From Eledone cirrhosa (taxonomy: Eukaryota), in NCBI GenBank assembly GCA_964016885.1, contig OZ024743.1, positions 176,700,001 through 176,764,000 of the forward strand: DNA of 64,000 nt, written 5' to 3'. Shown in pieces: positions 42,034 through 56,280 of the stretch. A program made the translations under genes and the position numbers. The notes below the pieces were generated by a model. The model was not told the origin of the DNA and did not search any database. It saw only the letters and a list, made by a program, of their open reading frames with translations. Positions within the stretch are counted from its first letter, which is position 1. Every line of letters begins with the position of its first letter.

Positions 42034-42247
42034 GGCGACCTACGTAGAAAATCGTATTATCGTGAACTCCGCAAAGGTTTGTTGTTTTCAGTTGTTTCAA
42101 ATTGCCATTTATGGGAAATGTTTTCTATTAAGTGTTTATAAGGTCACAAAATTTGCTTTCGGAAAAGGACACTCAAAAGGATTGGGGCCTTGAGCCCAAG
42201 ATTTAAACTTTTATAATTATCAAACAAAAAATTTCTTTGAAAAAATC

Positions 42248-43930
42248 ATGGACGAATCACAGCCACACCAGGCTGACACCCTTCTTCACAAACTAACACC
42301 TCACACCAACACCACCATTGTAAATATTACTACGTTTGCCAACAATAAAAATATAAGCAGTAGCAATAATTTAAATTTCTCTCATGCAGACATTCATTTC
42401 CCGCCATTACCAAAAGCTGCAGGTGCTAAAGCCGCCACCCCCACCACCACCACAGCGACAACAGAAACAAAAGAAAAAAATAAATTATTATCTCGTGACA
42501 TCGAAATGGATTCACCCAGAATCGACTCTTCCACACCGAACACCATTGACGCCACCACCACCACAAGTGAAACTAAAAATAATAATAACAAAAATAACAA
42601 TAACAACAACAGCAACAATAACAATGAGAATAACAACAAAAACATCAACACCACCGCAAATGTGTCGTTTGCCAAAGCAGCCAAGAAATGCGAAACAATC
42701 GAGGTAACTCAGGAGGAATTAAATGAAGCCAAGATAATGGTAAAGAAAGATGGGTACAGGGTCAGCCTCACCCCCACCCCACCCCTAATAAAATGGAGCA
42801 TCGGCGCCTATGCACCGTGTCTTATCGGACGATTAACACAAAATCGCGCCGAATGGAACGGGCATCCGAGTCCCAAATCCAAAAAGCTTTGGGACATGTG
42901 TGGGCGAAAAAAACCCACATCAGACGTGGACAGAAATATGGAACCGTGGACGTGTTCTTTGGAACACCACAGGAGGCCAGAGAGCACTCCATGGGCCCAT
43001 TAAGAAGCGACGACTTCACACTCGTCCCAAGCTATTGTAGCCAGAGACTCGTGAAGATCAGGGTGACCCATGTTCCACCGGCCATCGAAATTCCCTGGCT
43101 AATGGCTGTCGTCTTCACCGGCATCGAAGCCAACACCAAGATAATCGAAATAGCAAAAGAAAAGCAGGAGAACTGGTCCGGATCTGGGATGGAGCTCCTG
43201 ATCCAAGCGGACTGAAAAAGCATTGAGGAGATCCCAAAGGTAATAGACCTCACTGACGGCAGCAACCTCACCGTAATCGTCGAGGGTAGAAGGCCTAGGT
43301 GTGTCGTTTGAGGTGAAGGAACCCACCTAAGGGCTTTCTGCCCTCAGGCTAAAAAGTTGAGGTCACCTCTCTTACCCACCCCAGTGACTCAACTATCAAC
43401 ACCACCAGTAGCAGAAATGGCAGCAACAACTGTAGCAGAAACAGCAGAAGCAACTGTAGCAGCAACAAACCCAGCAACAGTAGCAAAACCAACACCACCA
43501 CCACCCAACGCGCCAGAACTAGCACCAGCGCCTACACCATCCACCACGCCCCAACCAAAACCAACGCATGTGGAGGATTTTCCACACCCCGACCTATCAC
43601 AACTGGAGACAGATTGTGACGACGAGGAGTGGGAAACTGTATCAGGAAAAAAGAAAAAGAAGCGCCAAAAATTAATCCTCTTCCTTCACCCTCCAAAAAC
43701 AAAATACAGAGGGAAACAAATAAACTATCAAACAAAAAAGTTAGCACAGCTATGCCACCATCCACACCAGCATCACCAACCCCATCACCACAAACACGAA
43801 CAGCATCACCATCATTAACCCCAACACCACCATCACCAACACCACAAAAGTCAACAAAAAAGCGAAACAGAAACAAACCCACAACAAACGCAAACAAAAC
43901 AAAACAACCAAAACGATACACACTACACAG
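42248..43930 (+). pseudogene. LINE ORF1 (gag-like), frameshifted
   Basis: SFAKAAK motif, fragments 42248-43003, 42793-43215, 43357-43818; zinc knuckle RCVV*GEGTHLRAFCP at about 43298-43345 with one Cys mutated to TGA. Confidence 0.75.
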
Positions 43931-43936
43931 CATTAA

Positions 43937-44046
43937 AAATCCCGCCGAGGTTAACTTTGCCTTTCATCCTTACGGGGTCGATAAAATAAAGTACCAGTAA
44001 TGCACTGGGTAATTTGCTGGCCTTGTGCCTAAAGTAGAAACAATTA
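43937..44046 (+). mobile_element. SINE fragment nested in the Tx1-like LINE
   Basis: AAATCCCGCCGAGGTTAACTTTGCCTTTCATCCTTACGGGGTCGATAAAATAAAGTACCAG. Confidence 0.85.
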
Positions 44047-44353
44047 AATTTGAACAACAACCAATTATTACACTACATCCAACACACCAACATCACAGAA
44101 AAAGACTACACAACACCCCAAAAGTTCACACCACCTCCACACATACAAATCACTCGCATCACACAGAAAACGTACACGACACTAAAAAAAAATTCCCCAA
44201 AGACATCGGAGACTTCCGACAAGCACTCTCCAGGAGGATTTATAAGGACATCTTTCCGGAGGAGGCCACACGCAGTGAGAAGGGATGGAGAAACCATCCT
44301 TCCTCTACGAGAAGTAAGGTAAGTGGTCTTTCCCATCTTTTCCACTCTTCAAC

Positions 44354-47300
44354 ATGACCTCACTCAGAATAGGCAGCATAAATGGGCGTGGCTTGGGGTC
44401 GTCATGGAAGCAGGGCCACCTGCTCAACGACCTCAGGTCACTAAACATAGATGTAGTGGCCATCAGCGAGACCAAAATCTCCGAAGCACGAGCCGTCGCA
44501 CCGATCTTCGGCGGCTACGATGTGTACGCATCTCCCAGACGTCCTGGATCGGGGGGAGGAGTTGCTGTGCTTTTTCGGAGAGGTTTGGATCTCGCCATAC
44601 GAGCCATCTTCCTGGACCCTAAAGGTAAGTTGGTGGTGCTGGACGTGACCAGCGGAGACAGGCAAGCTTTCAGGCTAGTGGCCGTCTATGCCCCGACAGG
44701 AGCAGGGCGGCCTGATTCCTTCCGGCGTCTGGAGACCTTTCTTGGAACGTCCCGCATTTTAGTGTTAGTGGGCGACTGGAACGGGATCTTAGATGCACGC
44801 TGGGACTGTGTGGGATTAGCGGATAGGGGAGGAGGGTGCAAGAGCCTCACCAACCCGCTCAGGCGTTTTGAACTGTCTGACAGGTACCGATTGGATTTCC
44901 CGAATGTGCCAGTGTGGACTTGGATATGATCTGGATATGACTTGGATATGATCTGGATGACCCGTATCGGGTCATCCAGATCATATCTAGATAGAGTATT
45001 TTGTAGGGAAATAGATAGGTCTAGCATAGGCTGTCCACAATTCAAGATAGTCAGCAACACGGACCTCAAATTCGTGTTCTGTGTGCTTGACTTAGATAGG
45101 CTTCATAGACGAGGACCCGGTTACTGGAAGCTAAACGCGTTCTTACCAGCGCGCAAGGCCTACAGAGACATGATTAGCGAACTAGTTAAGCGGGCGTTGA
45201 CGGGGGCCATCGTCAACAACAAGTGGTGATTTGTCTGAAAAGAGCGATTAGAATAGAGTTCATTAGGTTTAGTAAGGCTTTAGCTATAGAGAAAAATAGA
45301 GCAGAGGGAGAACTATTAGACGACGCGCTTAGCAAAGGCATCGCGACCGACGTATTGCCGCGAAATTGGCCCTTGACTAATTCTTCAATGCAAAGCACGA
45401 AGGCTGCGTTGTCAGAGCTAGGGTGCGTGCTCTCAGACACGAGGGGACGAAAGCCGCTCAATGGGCCCGAGTGGCGGAGGCGCGTCGTGGCAACAAAGCC
45501 ACGATCCGGTCTTTGGTGGACCACGACGGGCGCATACTACTCGATCTCGGGCAAATGTGTGAAGCTTTTCAGTGACAATTCGCCCAGCTCTTCGGGGGCA
45601 GCGGCGGGCCGGATCGAGGGATGGACTTTAGTGTCTACCTCGGTGGACTGCCGCGGCTCTCGGCCACTGAGGCGGAGTGTTGCGAAAAGCCGATAACAGC
45701 CGCTGAAGTAAGGGAGGCAATGACTGGCTGCACAAGGGGTAAATCGCCTGGTTTGGATGGTCTGCCCTATGAACTTTACGTACAGATGCCAGACTTGTTC
45801 GGAGGCCTCTTGGCGGACGTCTACTGCAACTGGCAACAGAACGGGAGAATTCCCAGCTCTGTGAGCCGAGGGGCGGTGGCGCTGCTGAGAAAGGATCCGA
45901 ACAAGGGGGATAACAGATAATTTCAAGCCCATAACTGCTAAACACAGAGTTCAAGATTTTGGCCAAGGTGCTAGCAAAGAGGTTGGCGCTTGTCGTTGGT
46001 AGTCTGGTGGGAGAGGCGCAGATATGCGCCATTCCCGACAGATCCATCCACGACAACCTCCACCTCATGCGATACATCGTGGAGAGGGTAGCTAGGGAAC
46101 CTGGCACGGGTGGGTCCTTGATCAATTTAGATAAGTCGAAAGCTTTCGATAGGGTCGACCATCGTTACCTAGCGGCATTCCTGAGCGCGGCTGGCTTTGG
46201 GCTCGTCTTCAGAGGCTGGATCGCTGCCATGCACAGTGACATCTACTCTGTGGTGAGAGTGAACGGTCACCTTTCGGAACCGTTCAACATCAAGCGCTCG
46301 GTCCGCCAAGAATGTCCCCTCTCGTCCCTCTTGTACGTATTGACTCTCGAGCCATTAATGCACAAACTGGAGACGTTGAGGGGGATCCTGCGCGAACTAG
46401 GATGCGGAAGATCCGTGTCAGCATATGCGGACGATGTCAAACACATCGAGGCGATCGGCACTACACTAAGAGAATACGAAGCGGTGACAGGAGCAATGAA
46501 CAACCAGGAAAAGTCAGTGGGTCTACAATTCGGCACCTGGAGAGGCAGGTCCATGCCGTCCAACAGCGTCGTTGGGCGCTGAACGGACGGACCGGTTAAA
46601 TTGCTAGGGGTCTGGTTCGGTTCGGACCTCCAGAAGGACAAAAACTGGGACGAGGTGACGAGCAGGGTGGCTTCTCTCACCCAGAAATGGTCAGAGAGGA
46701 AGCTATCCCTGAAAGGTCGAGCGGAGGTGGCTAACGTGTACATCGCGTCCGTCATCTACTACCGCCTGACCGTCGTACTTTGTCCTAAGCCTCGCCTGAC
46801 TGCGCTGGAGCATTTGCTCTTTCGCTTTTTGTGGAAGGCACGCGCTCCGATGGTCAGACGGTCCATCTTATGTCAACACCCGCTATGTGGAGGGCTGGGC
46901 ATGCCATGGCTGATGATGCGCAGACACGCGCTCAGGCTACGACATATCCACCTCTTCCTCGACGGTGATCGGGTGTGGTCGCCGTTTGCTAGACGCGTCT
47001 TTCCCCAGCTCGTCTCCTTGACGGAGCTGCAGTCCTGGGTCAAGCGAAGACCGAGAGGGAGCGCTTGGAGACTGGAATGTCTTCAGGCGCTCACAGCTCT
47101 CGACCAATTGGGCAATGTGATCGGTGGAAACTTCATCTTGGCGTTCTATAGAGGATTAGTGTAGGGGAAGAGCGACGACGTACGTGGGGAAACTCTAGGC
47201 GTCGACGAAAATCAACTAGCCAATCTCTTCGGAAGAACTTTCGGGCCGAGGCCGATGGACAACTTCCAGAAATCCCTGGCCTGGCAGTGCTACCGAGGAG

Positions 47301-47770
47301 CTTTGCCAGTTCGGGATGAACTCTACAGGCATGGAAGTGCCGTCAGCCGGGCATGTCCGAGATGCGCGCAGGGCGACGAAAGCGTCCTGCACGCACTCGT
47401 CCAGTGTCCGAGCATTGCTGATTTGTGGGTTTATGTCGAACACCTGCTGTCGCGTGTAGGACGGATCCAGCTGTCAGCTGAGTCCATCGTGAGGATTCCC
47501 CCGCCCTCCTCCTTTCGCCGGGAAGGGCAGGCAGTTTTTATCTGTCTGGTGGCCATGGCGAAGGAGATAGTATGGTGGACACGTTTGAAAGGGCTGAAGA
47601 CGAGCACTTACCTCTTCGGTGATGCCCTGATTAACTTTTTCAAATTTCATTTGAAAAGGAAAATGAGGGTAGAGAGGGAAGTGCTCTCTTCCCAGCATTT
47701 TCTTGAAAGATGGGTGAGAGAAGCAAGAATGGCCCGAGTGAATGGTCCTACTCTGAGTATGTGTCTGTAA
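44354..47770 (+). pseudogene. LINE ORF2: APE endonuclease - RT - zinc finger, multiple frameshifts and stops
   Basis: APE: SINGRGL, ISETK, VYAP, GDWN, YLDR. RT: KSPGLDG, LDKSKAFDRVDH, SVRQECPLS, AYADDV. C-terminal CPRC..ESVLHALVQC. Confidence 0.92.
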
Positions 47771-48019
47771 ATTAAAGGTGGGAAACTGGGAGAGGGCACT
47801 TGCTCTGGTGGGCAGGGCCACTGTGGCTTTTTAATGGGCTTTCTCCACGAATGTCCCTCGGAAGACTCCTCCGTATTGGGGAATTTTTATTGTTATTTTC
47901 TTGTTACATCCTCTGTTTTTGTTTTTTACACGCAGAAACGCCCATTTGCACCGTCCTGTATTGTACTGTACTGTCCTTAATGTCTACTTTATGTAAACCC
48001 TTGTGGTTAGTAAAGAAAG

Positions 48020-48056
<37 letters not shown>

Positions 48057-48255
48057 GTTGTTGTTGTAGGTATTTGCGTTGGGACGAACGAATACATTTC
48101 AAATTTCAAACTTTCCCAATGCTTCTGACGCCAACAAATTCTATATATATATATATACGTGTGTGTGTGTGTGTGTGTGTAAGTGTCTCTGTGTGTGCAT
48201 GCATATGTGTGTGCGGACAAACACATATATACGTGTTAACGCATTTACACACACC

Positions 48256-48318
<63 letters not shown>

Positions 48319-48562
48319 GTGTATACATATACACACACATGCACAAACACACCTATGTGTGTACATATGAGTGTGCACGTATACATATAAACACGCACAA
48401 ACTTACACATATGTGAGAGCGAGAGAGAGAGAGAAAGAGAGATACATGTAGGAATAACAGTGTACTGAATGTTAGTGGATGTGTGGAATGTTTAATTCTG
48501 CCTCATTGCCTTCACTGAAGCATTTTTTTTCTTTTACAACATGCCAACAGCTGATAGTAAAT

Positions 48563-48628
<66 letters not shown>

Positions 48629-48649
48629 GCGTATGTATAAATATATATA

Positions 48650-48703
<54 letters not shown>

Positions 48704-48748
48704 TATATATATTTATACATACGCGTATGTATAAATATATATATTATA

Positions 48749-48820
<72 letters not shown>

Positions 48821-48899
48821 ATATATATTTATATATATATGTGTATATATATTTATATATATGTGTGTATATATATATATATGTATAAATATTTATATA

Positions 48900-48956
<57 letters not shown>

Positions 48957-49136
48957 GTATATATATATATATATATATACGTACATACATATATATATAA
49001 ATACATAGAGAGAGAGGAGGGAGGGAGAGGGAGAGGAATATATTGGTCACCCTATGCACTTTTCACCCGATACTCGAATGTGTGTGTGTTTGCAAAAAGT
49101 AAACAGAAACAAAACAAACAATACAGGACAATGATA

Positions 49137-49190
<54 letters not shown>

Positions 49191-49403
49191 AAGTGAGGTT
49201 TTTTTTACAAAATGAAAAATAACCGAGGTGTCCTACACGAGTGAAAGTATAAAGAAAAAGAGATGAAATCGAAAATGCAACTGGAGTCTTATTTTAAAAA
49301 AATATATATATATATTTATTTGGTTCCTTTACCGGTTTCGCAGTTCTTCTGCTTTTCAAAAGGTGAGTTGAGATGGAGGGTCTGTGGTTTTTCTCACATA
49401 TTT

Positions 49404-49557
<154 letters not shown>

Positions 49558-49760
49558 AGTATGTATACGTACATACATATATGTATACAGACGTACAGTA
49601 GTATGTATATATATACATACATGCACACATATATATATGTACGTATGGATTCACCGAACATTTATTATAATGCTCGGTTTGTTTGTAAACAAACATCCCG
49701 AATTAAGCCGTACAGTGTCTAGCAACCATCGTTGCCCTTTTGTTCAACACTGACAAAGGA

Positions 49761-49803
49761 ACGATGTACTAGTTTCAAGCTTATTACCTATCGTCAGCTC
49801 CGT
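49761..49803 (-). ncRNA. Type I hammerhead (inverted copy, slightly degenerate)
   Basis: ACGGAG-CTGACGA-TAGGTAATAAGCTT-GAAA-CTAG-TA-CATCGT. Confidence 0.65.
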
Positions 49804-50055
49804 ATACCTTCCTGCCAGATGATTATACTACTGTACGGCTGTATACATATATGTATGTACGTATACATACTTATATTTAAGTAACAGCCGTACTAAGAGT
49901 GAGAAATGAAATTTCGTTTCATTTTTTACATTTATCGTTTTCGGTGCGCCCAGCCGATTAACTCATTCGATATGCAAATTAGGCTGCTCAGCCGTTAATA
50001 TGCATAAGGAAAGTATATACTTTCAGACGTTCAATCATCTGGCAGGAAGGTATAA

Positions 50056-50094
50056 GGTGCTGACGATAGTTAATAAGCTTGAAACTAGTACATC
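50056..50094 (+). ncRNA. Minimal type I hammerhead ribozyme
   Basis: GGTG-CTGACGA-T-AGTT aata AGCT-T-GAAA-CTAG-TA-CATC; palindromic ACTAGT; GUA triplet. Confidence 0.78.
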
Positions 50095-50544
50095 GTTCCT
50101 TTGTCAGTGTTGAACAAAAGGGCAACGATGGTTGCTAAACACTGTACGGCTTAATTCGGGATGTTTGTTTACAAACAAACCGAGCATTATAATAAATGTT
50201 CGGTAAATCCATACGTACATATATATATGTGTGCATGTATGTATATATATATATATACATACTACTGTACGTCTGTATACATATATGTATGTACGTATAC
50301 ATACTTATATTTAATTAACAGCCGTACTAAGAGTGAGAAATGAAATTTCGTTTCATTTTTTCCATATATATATATATATATTAGTTTAACGCTTGATATA
50401 GTAGGAATAGTGTCGTAACGTTTCGGAAGCTATCACTGCATCAGAAGTTTGAATGAGAAATATAAGAAGAAATAGAAAGATTTAGGAGAGATCTGAGAGG
50501 AAAAAATAGAACACAATTTTGGGGGAGAAAAGCACAACTTCCAA

Positions 50545-50770
50545 TTAATAATGGTTTGTGATTTAGGCACAGGCCAACAATTTAGGGAGGAGAGGAAAAT
50601 CGAGTAAATCGACTCCAGTGCATAGCTGGTACTTTATTTATCGACCACGTAAGGAGAAAAAGCAAAGTTAACCATGACGGGATTTTAACTGACAACGGAA
50701 AGTGCCATAATTCTATGTTGCAAAGCATGTTGTCCGATCCTTTATCCATACTGCCAATCTACTCTAGGCT
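50545..50770 (-). mobile_element. Decayed SINE
   Basis: Reverse complement of family motifs (GGCACAGGCCAACAA, CTGGTACTTTATTTATCGACC). Confidence 0.6.
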
Positions 50771-51295
50771 TCCAACTAATGATAAGAGACACGGCGGCGT
50801 GCCATTCACACAAACTTTTACAAAAAAAGCTACCTGCAAAACCTATTTGTACACTACAGTTCAAGCCTTCTCCACTGTCCTAAAAAGGAGACGTACGGAA
50901 TAATATTCCACGTATCGGGAATAAATATACCAAGGTTGAGATCCGGGCCCTCCATACTACATATTTCTTAAAGACACGAGAAGTCAACTGATATCCACGA
51001 TCTACTGCCTGTCCTTAACTCCAGGAAACATGAAACCTCCACTAACACATATTTCCGAAATGACAAATTCTTTAACTGAATAATATATATATACACATGC
51101 TTATATATATATGTCTCTTCCGATCGATTTTTAAGTCTCTTCTCGGGTTACTCCCTTGATAACAGGTTTTTAAACTCGAAAATATTTGGGATAGTAAAAT
51201 TTGCTGAGGTAAGATTCTGTTGTTATCTTGGCAATTTAACAATCTTCATAACACATTGTGTTGGTCTTTAGAATTTAAATTTGTGTTTCATATAT

Positions 51296-51730
51296 ATGTA
51301 ATGATGCAATTCGATTCAAGCACTCAACGTCATTTTTTTTCTTCCAATTTTTCAGTCGGTGACGGAGTATATGTGGAATAAGGAAAATGTGAAATTTGGT
51401 GTAGAAGTTAAAGAGTCCTGTGATACATATTTCAATGGCGATTGTGGCTACGTGATTATTCACTCACGTAACCGGTCACGCGATCTCATTAAAACAGCAT
51501 CATTATGTAATAAGGTTTCGTTTCCGAGGCAATCCAATCTAAAAGCAAGGGAACGGACAAAAATAAGGTTTTAATAGCCGCTGTCCGCTCCTGTAACCTT
51601 AATACATGTCTGATAAGATCGCGTGACCGTTTACGTGATTGAACAATCACGTAGCCACGATCGTCATTGAAATATGTATCACAGGTTTGTTCTTAAAGGA
51701 TCTACACCGAACTTAGCATTTTCCTTATTC
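51296..51730. mobile_element. Diverged head-to-head inverted repeat with degenerate hammerhead-like motif
   Basis: Arms 51376-51490 / 51610-51730. Right arm CATGT-CTGATAA-..-GAAA-TATGTA-TC-ACAGG (51605-51685) has a mutated core G8. Confidence 0.65.
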
Positions 51731-51812
51731 TCATTCACTCTCTCTCTATCCCTCTCTCTTTCTCCCTCTCTCCCCTCCTTTCACTCTCTCTCTCTCTCTC
51801 TCTCCCCTCCTC

Positions 51813-51886
<74 letters not shown>

Positions 51887-52695
51887 CATTACACCAAAAA
51901 TCATTCTAAGAAGTTTCCCAAGGCAGAAAGTGCAGTCTCGTTAATGTTACATGTACTATTAAGAATAAGTAAACAGATGGTATTTGTTACCTCAGAAATT
52001 ATATAAGAAACAAACGTAAAAATTGATACCGGAAACGAAGGATGGATAATTCATGTTGTTTGTTTTGTTTATATTTCCTTACTGATTAATTTCTATTTCA
52101 TATTCATTTTCTTTCTTTTTTTCTTTTGCTTAATTTAACAAAAATACATCCTCTCCGCATTCTCTCCCCTTTTTCCTGTTTTTTAATGTTTTTATTGATT
52201 GGTTCATATTTATTTTTCTATTTTTTAAATTGTTGTTGTTATTGTTTGTTTTCCCTTGAGTTCAAGAAAAATATTACCTTTACACATTCGGCCGGTTTCT
52301 TAATCATCCGTATGTAGTTTTAGGCCTTGTTGAGATAACCCAGACTCATGTGTTTTCTCCCCCTCCTCCTCCTCCTTCTCCTCTTCCCTTTTCTCCATTT
52401 CCTGGTTCCATACGGTATGAAGTTATCAGAATCCAGCATCAATAACAACAACACGAGCAAGTGTGAAAAACTATACATAGACATCTGACCTACTAGTAAT
52501 AGCAGCCAAATCTCACCAAAATCATATCCCACTGGCTTCAATCTGTAGGCAATAAATAATTTTGTTTAGAGTACACATTTACTGTGGGTGGGGAAGTATG
52601 AGATAGCCATGGGTTAAATACAGTTGTTCTTATGTGGCCATCATTGAACAGATCGGAATCGGAGCTAAACAACAGCAACAATATCAACAGCAGCA

Positions 52696-52748
52696 AGAAG
52701 AAGAAGAAGAAGAAGAAGAAGAAGAAGAAGAAGAAGAAGAAGAAGAAG

Positions 52749-52803
<55 letters not shown>

Positions 52804-52828
52804 GCAACAACAACAACAACAACAACAA
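52696..52828. repeat. Compound (GAA)n(CAA)n microsatellite
   Basis: Directly visible. Confidence 0.95.
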
Positions 52829-53678
52829 TTAAAACAGAAGCAAGAACAAAAAACAGTAGCAATAACAACAATAACAACAACAGTAGCAACCATAATCACA
52901 ACGAAAACAACAACATCAATCACAGCAACAGCATTAGCGACAACAGCGACGGCATCAACACCAGCAATAACAGCAACAACAACAACAGTACCAACAACAT
53001 CACCACTTATAATATAAACAAATATATAAGCAAAATAAATTCAAGAAAAATAACGTAAAAAAATGAAAACATACGCAAAATAAAGAAGAAAATACAAACA
53101 AATATAACTTAATGGCAGATAAGGAAGAAGGCTGATGAAGCATTAACCCGGAAGACTGCTAATAGGTCTCTCTCTATATATGTATAACGGGTGTACATAT
53201 ATATGTGTTTATGTGAGTCTAAATATGTATATGTATATATATATATATCATGTGCTTTTTCATAAATACACATGAAGGCGAACTAGCCAGTTTTAGAATT
53301 CCCTTTTTCGGACTATATTACTGTGAGAGCCCTGGTTTTCTGTTGAGCTCTGCTGATGAATGATATTCCAACCGTGACCATCTCCACTGAAAGTTTTCAT
53401 GAAATAGTCTTTTAAGACTATACAGAGCATTTGATGTTATTCCAAATTGAAGGATAAGTGTTTCAAACTTTGTTTTATCATGAGTTAAAGGTCTATAGAT
53501 TTTTCCATGGATTTTACTAAATTCTGTGGATGAATTTGTATCCTGATTCTCTTTTGAGATGAGTTTGAGTTATTTTTCCTAAATCTTTCGTTAACTACTT
53601 TTCCCATCTTGACGTTATAGTCGCATATATGTTATAGAATGCCGTTAGCTTCTTGCTAAAACAATCTCTATACGTCTC

Positions 53679-53726
<48 letters not shown>

Positions 53727-53822
53727 GTGTGTCTTATATAACATAAGTTTTCTTCCCCCACAAAAATGCAAATGAACTTTAAGAAGGTTTATTCACGTTA
53801 GCTTAACCAGTTTCACAAATTC

Positions 53823-53905
<83 letters not shown>

Positions 53906-54146
53906 CGTGCGTGCGTGCGTGTGTGTGTGTGTGTGTGTGTGCGTGTGCGTGTGTGTGCGTGTGCGCGTGTGTATGCAGGTTTGTGTGCATGTGCCTACAT
54001 TTTGAATAATTTCTGAATTATTTTCATGACATTTAATAAACATAAGTTTTAAGTTCGATCCCGTTCCTAGCTGCATAAATAAGTCGTTGTGGTCAACCAC
54101 AAAGCTCCCCCTCTCTCTCTCTTAGCCTCTCTCTTTCTCTCTTAGC

Positions 54147-54183
<37 letters not shown>

Positions 54184-55049
54184 TCTTAGCCTCTCTCTCT
54201 CTCTTTTCTTCTCTTTGCATTATAAAGCCGAAAACCACTCCACTAATTTTAACTGGCAATTGCCCTTTTACCATTTGTGTCTACATAAGTTCTTACCAAA
54301 AGAGAAAGCAGCATAGAGCATACTAAAAAGGAAATGTTGGGATTAACACATACGGCGATTGTTCCATTGGAACAATCTACTATTAAATTTAACGTGTAAG
54401 TGGCTGAGCATTCCATGGTCACATATCGTAGTTCTCAGAGATAACCAGCGCGTCACAGTTTGTGACAAAGTGGGCACTTTGAATTGTAAGCATAACTCAT
54501 TTTTTTCCAGTAAGGTAATGTGAAATATATTGTCTTATTCAAGGACACTTTGCTCACATCAGGAATATATATATAACTTTGATAGGTTTCGGCCAGTATT
54601 GGCCCAGGCCATGCCTAACTTAATAGCACTACCTGGCAAAGGATTAATAGGAAAGTCTACTTGTATCTCTCATCCAGGATTGAACCCCGGAGCATGTTCT
54701 CCACCACCTCTAATTTTTCCCACTAGGCCACCGAGACAGCACAGTTGTATTTTCAGAAAGGTATTTGTATTATATTTTAAGCAATTTTACTATAACCTTG
54801 ATTTTTCTCGCTCTCTATTGTACTTAAATATACATTTTGTAAACAATTCAATAAAGCTAGTTTTGATATTATTGTACATTTCATCTCAAATAATCCTTGA
54901 AAGATTAGCAACGATTATCCGTTTTAGCATGGATTTAAAACCTTACATTTAACATTATTATTTTACTTTTTTGAAAAAGGGGTTTTCGAAATGTTCTGTC
55001 TTGAATCTCCCATTTTTATTTTAACAATATAAAAAGATATGTTTAAAAA

Positions 55050-55172
55050 ACAATAATTGTTTCTACTTTTTGGCACAAGGCCAGCAATTATCCAGTGTAT
55101 TACTGGTACTTTATTTTATCGACCCCGTAAGGATGAAAGGCAAAGTCAACCTCGGCGGGATTTGAACTCAGA
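55050..55172 (-). mobile_element. SINE fragment with apparent target-site duplication
   Basis: Family motifs reversed; ATGTTTAAAAAACAATAAT occurs on both sides (about 55039 and 55172). Confidence 0.78.
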
Positions 55173-55859
55173 TGTTTAAAAAACAATAATAAAACATTTT
55201 AGTTCCTTATAATGCATGTATACATTAATTACATTGATAAAGAACAAAAATATAATGTAATAGCTGTATTAGTTTTCAAATTAATGGAAATAATGTGTAT
55301 GCAATAATGGAAATTTAAAATGCTGTCGTTTCAATTTATTAAGGGAAAAAATATATAATTATAAATATAAACATAATATATTTATACACTTCAGATGCAA
55401 ACGGAATATACTATGTTTTATATTCATAAACATACGCAAAATAAACAGAAATAAAAAAACAGCTGTAAATGTTCTAATTCCAATCACTTTTTAATTTAAA
55501 AAAAAATTTCATTAAGCATAGTTGTTCCGAAATAAAAATAGTCTTCATATTTTTGTATAAAACAAGTGAGATTCAAAATCTGCAAACTAATGGTTTCTAA
55601 ATTAGGCTCAAGGCCAGCAACTTTGTGGTGGAGGTAAGAGAGGAATGTCGATTGGATCGTCATCACTACATCACTTGTATAGATAGATTATATAGACCTC
55701 TAGAAGAATAAAAGGCAAAGAAACCTTAGCAGTATTTGAAGGTAAAGAGTCGTAACTAAATGCCACAATACATTTTATTCGTAAACGAGCACATAAAACG
55801 ATTATAACGCAGCGTTGTAATTTCCTTTACTCTAATCAGTTTCTGATACAAAATAACTA

Positions 55860-56090
55860 TTTGGTAGCTATGGTGAAGAAAGCTGTATGGTGGACTCGTC
55901 TGAAGAGATTGAGGGCAGGAACGTGCCTCTCTGGTCAAGACCTCATCAAGTTCCACTTGAAAAGGAAGGTGTGGGTAAAGCGGTGGGCGCTGTTTTATTA
56001 AATGTATGGGAAAGTGGCGTGATTGACGCTGCTGAACGGGTTTAATCTAAGTATGGGGAAGGAATCTGGGGGAGGGAATTTTAATGCCCA
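55860..56090 (+). mobile_element. Old 3' fragment of a Tx1-like LINE
   Basis: GTATGGTGGACTCG..CAAGTTCCACTTGAAAAGGAAG resembles 47570-47670. Confidence 0.6.
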
Positions 56091-56280
56091 TGAGGTAACA
56101 TAGTAATCCAGGCCTTGTGCAGGATTTCTGCTGGAATTATCCTAAAGGGCACTCCCTGACATTTATCATTGCTTTCTTTACATACATACATACGTACGTA
56201 CATACACACGTACATAATACATATACACACACACATATATACATACACACATACATAGATACATACATACATACATAAAT

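Larger units (their letters stand above)
42034..48020 (+). mobile_element. Tx1/L1-clade LINE, near full length, decayed
   Basis: Two-ORF layout, flanked by (TTA)n and (ATT)n, with a SINE nested at 43937-44046. Confidence 0.9.

Noticed and set aside
50414-50450. Minus-strand HHR of the 15862 family
   Set aside because: Core reads CTGATGC and helices I/II do not close; counted only as a degenerate relic.
52634-53017. Poly-Q/E/T ORF
   Set aside because: Entirely (GAA)n/(CAA)n microsatellite, with no domain or splice support.
53128-53410. CTGATGA motifs at about 53132 and 53353
   Set aside because: No correctly placed GAAA..UH with a closing helix I.
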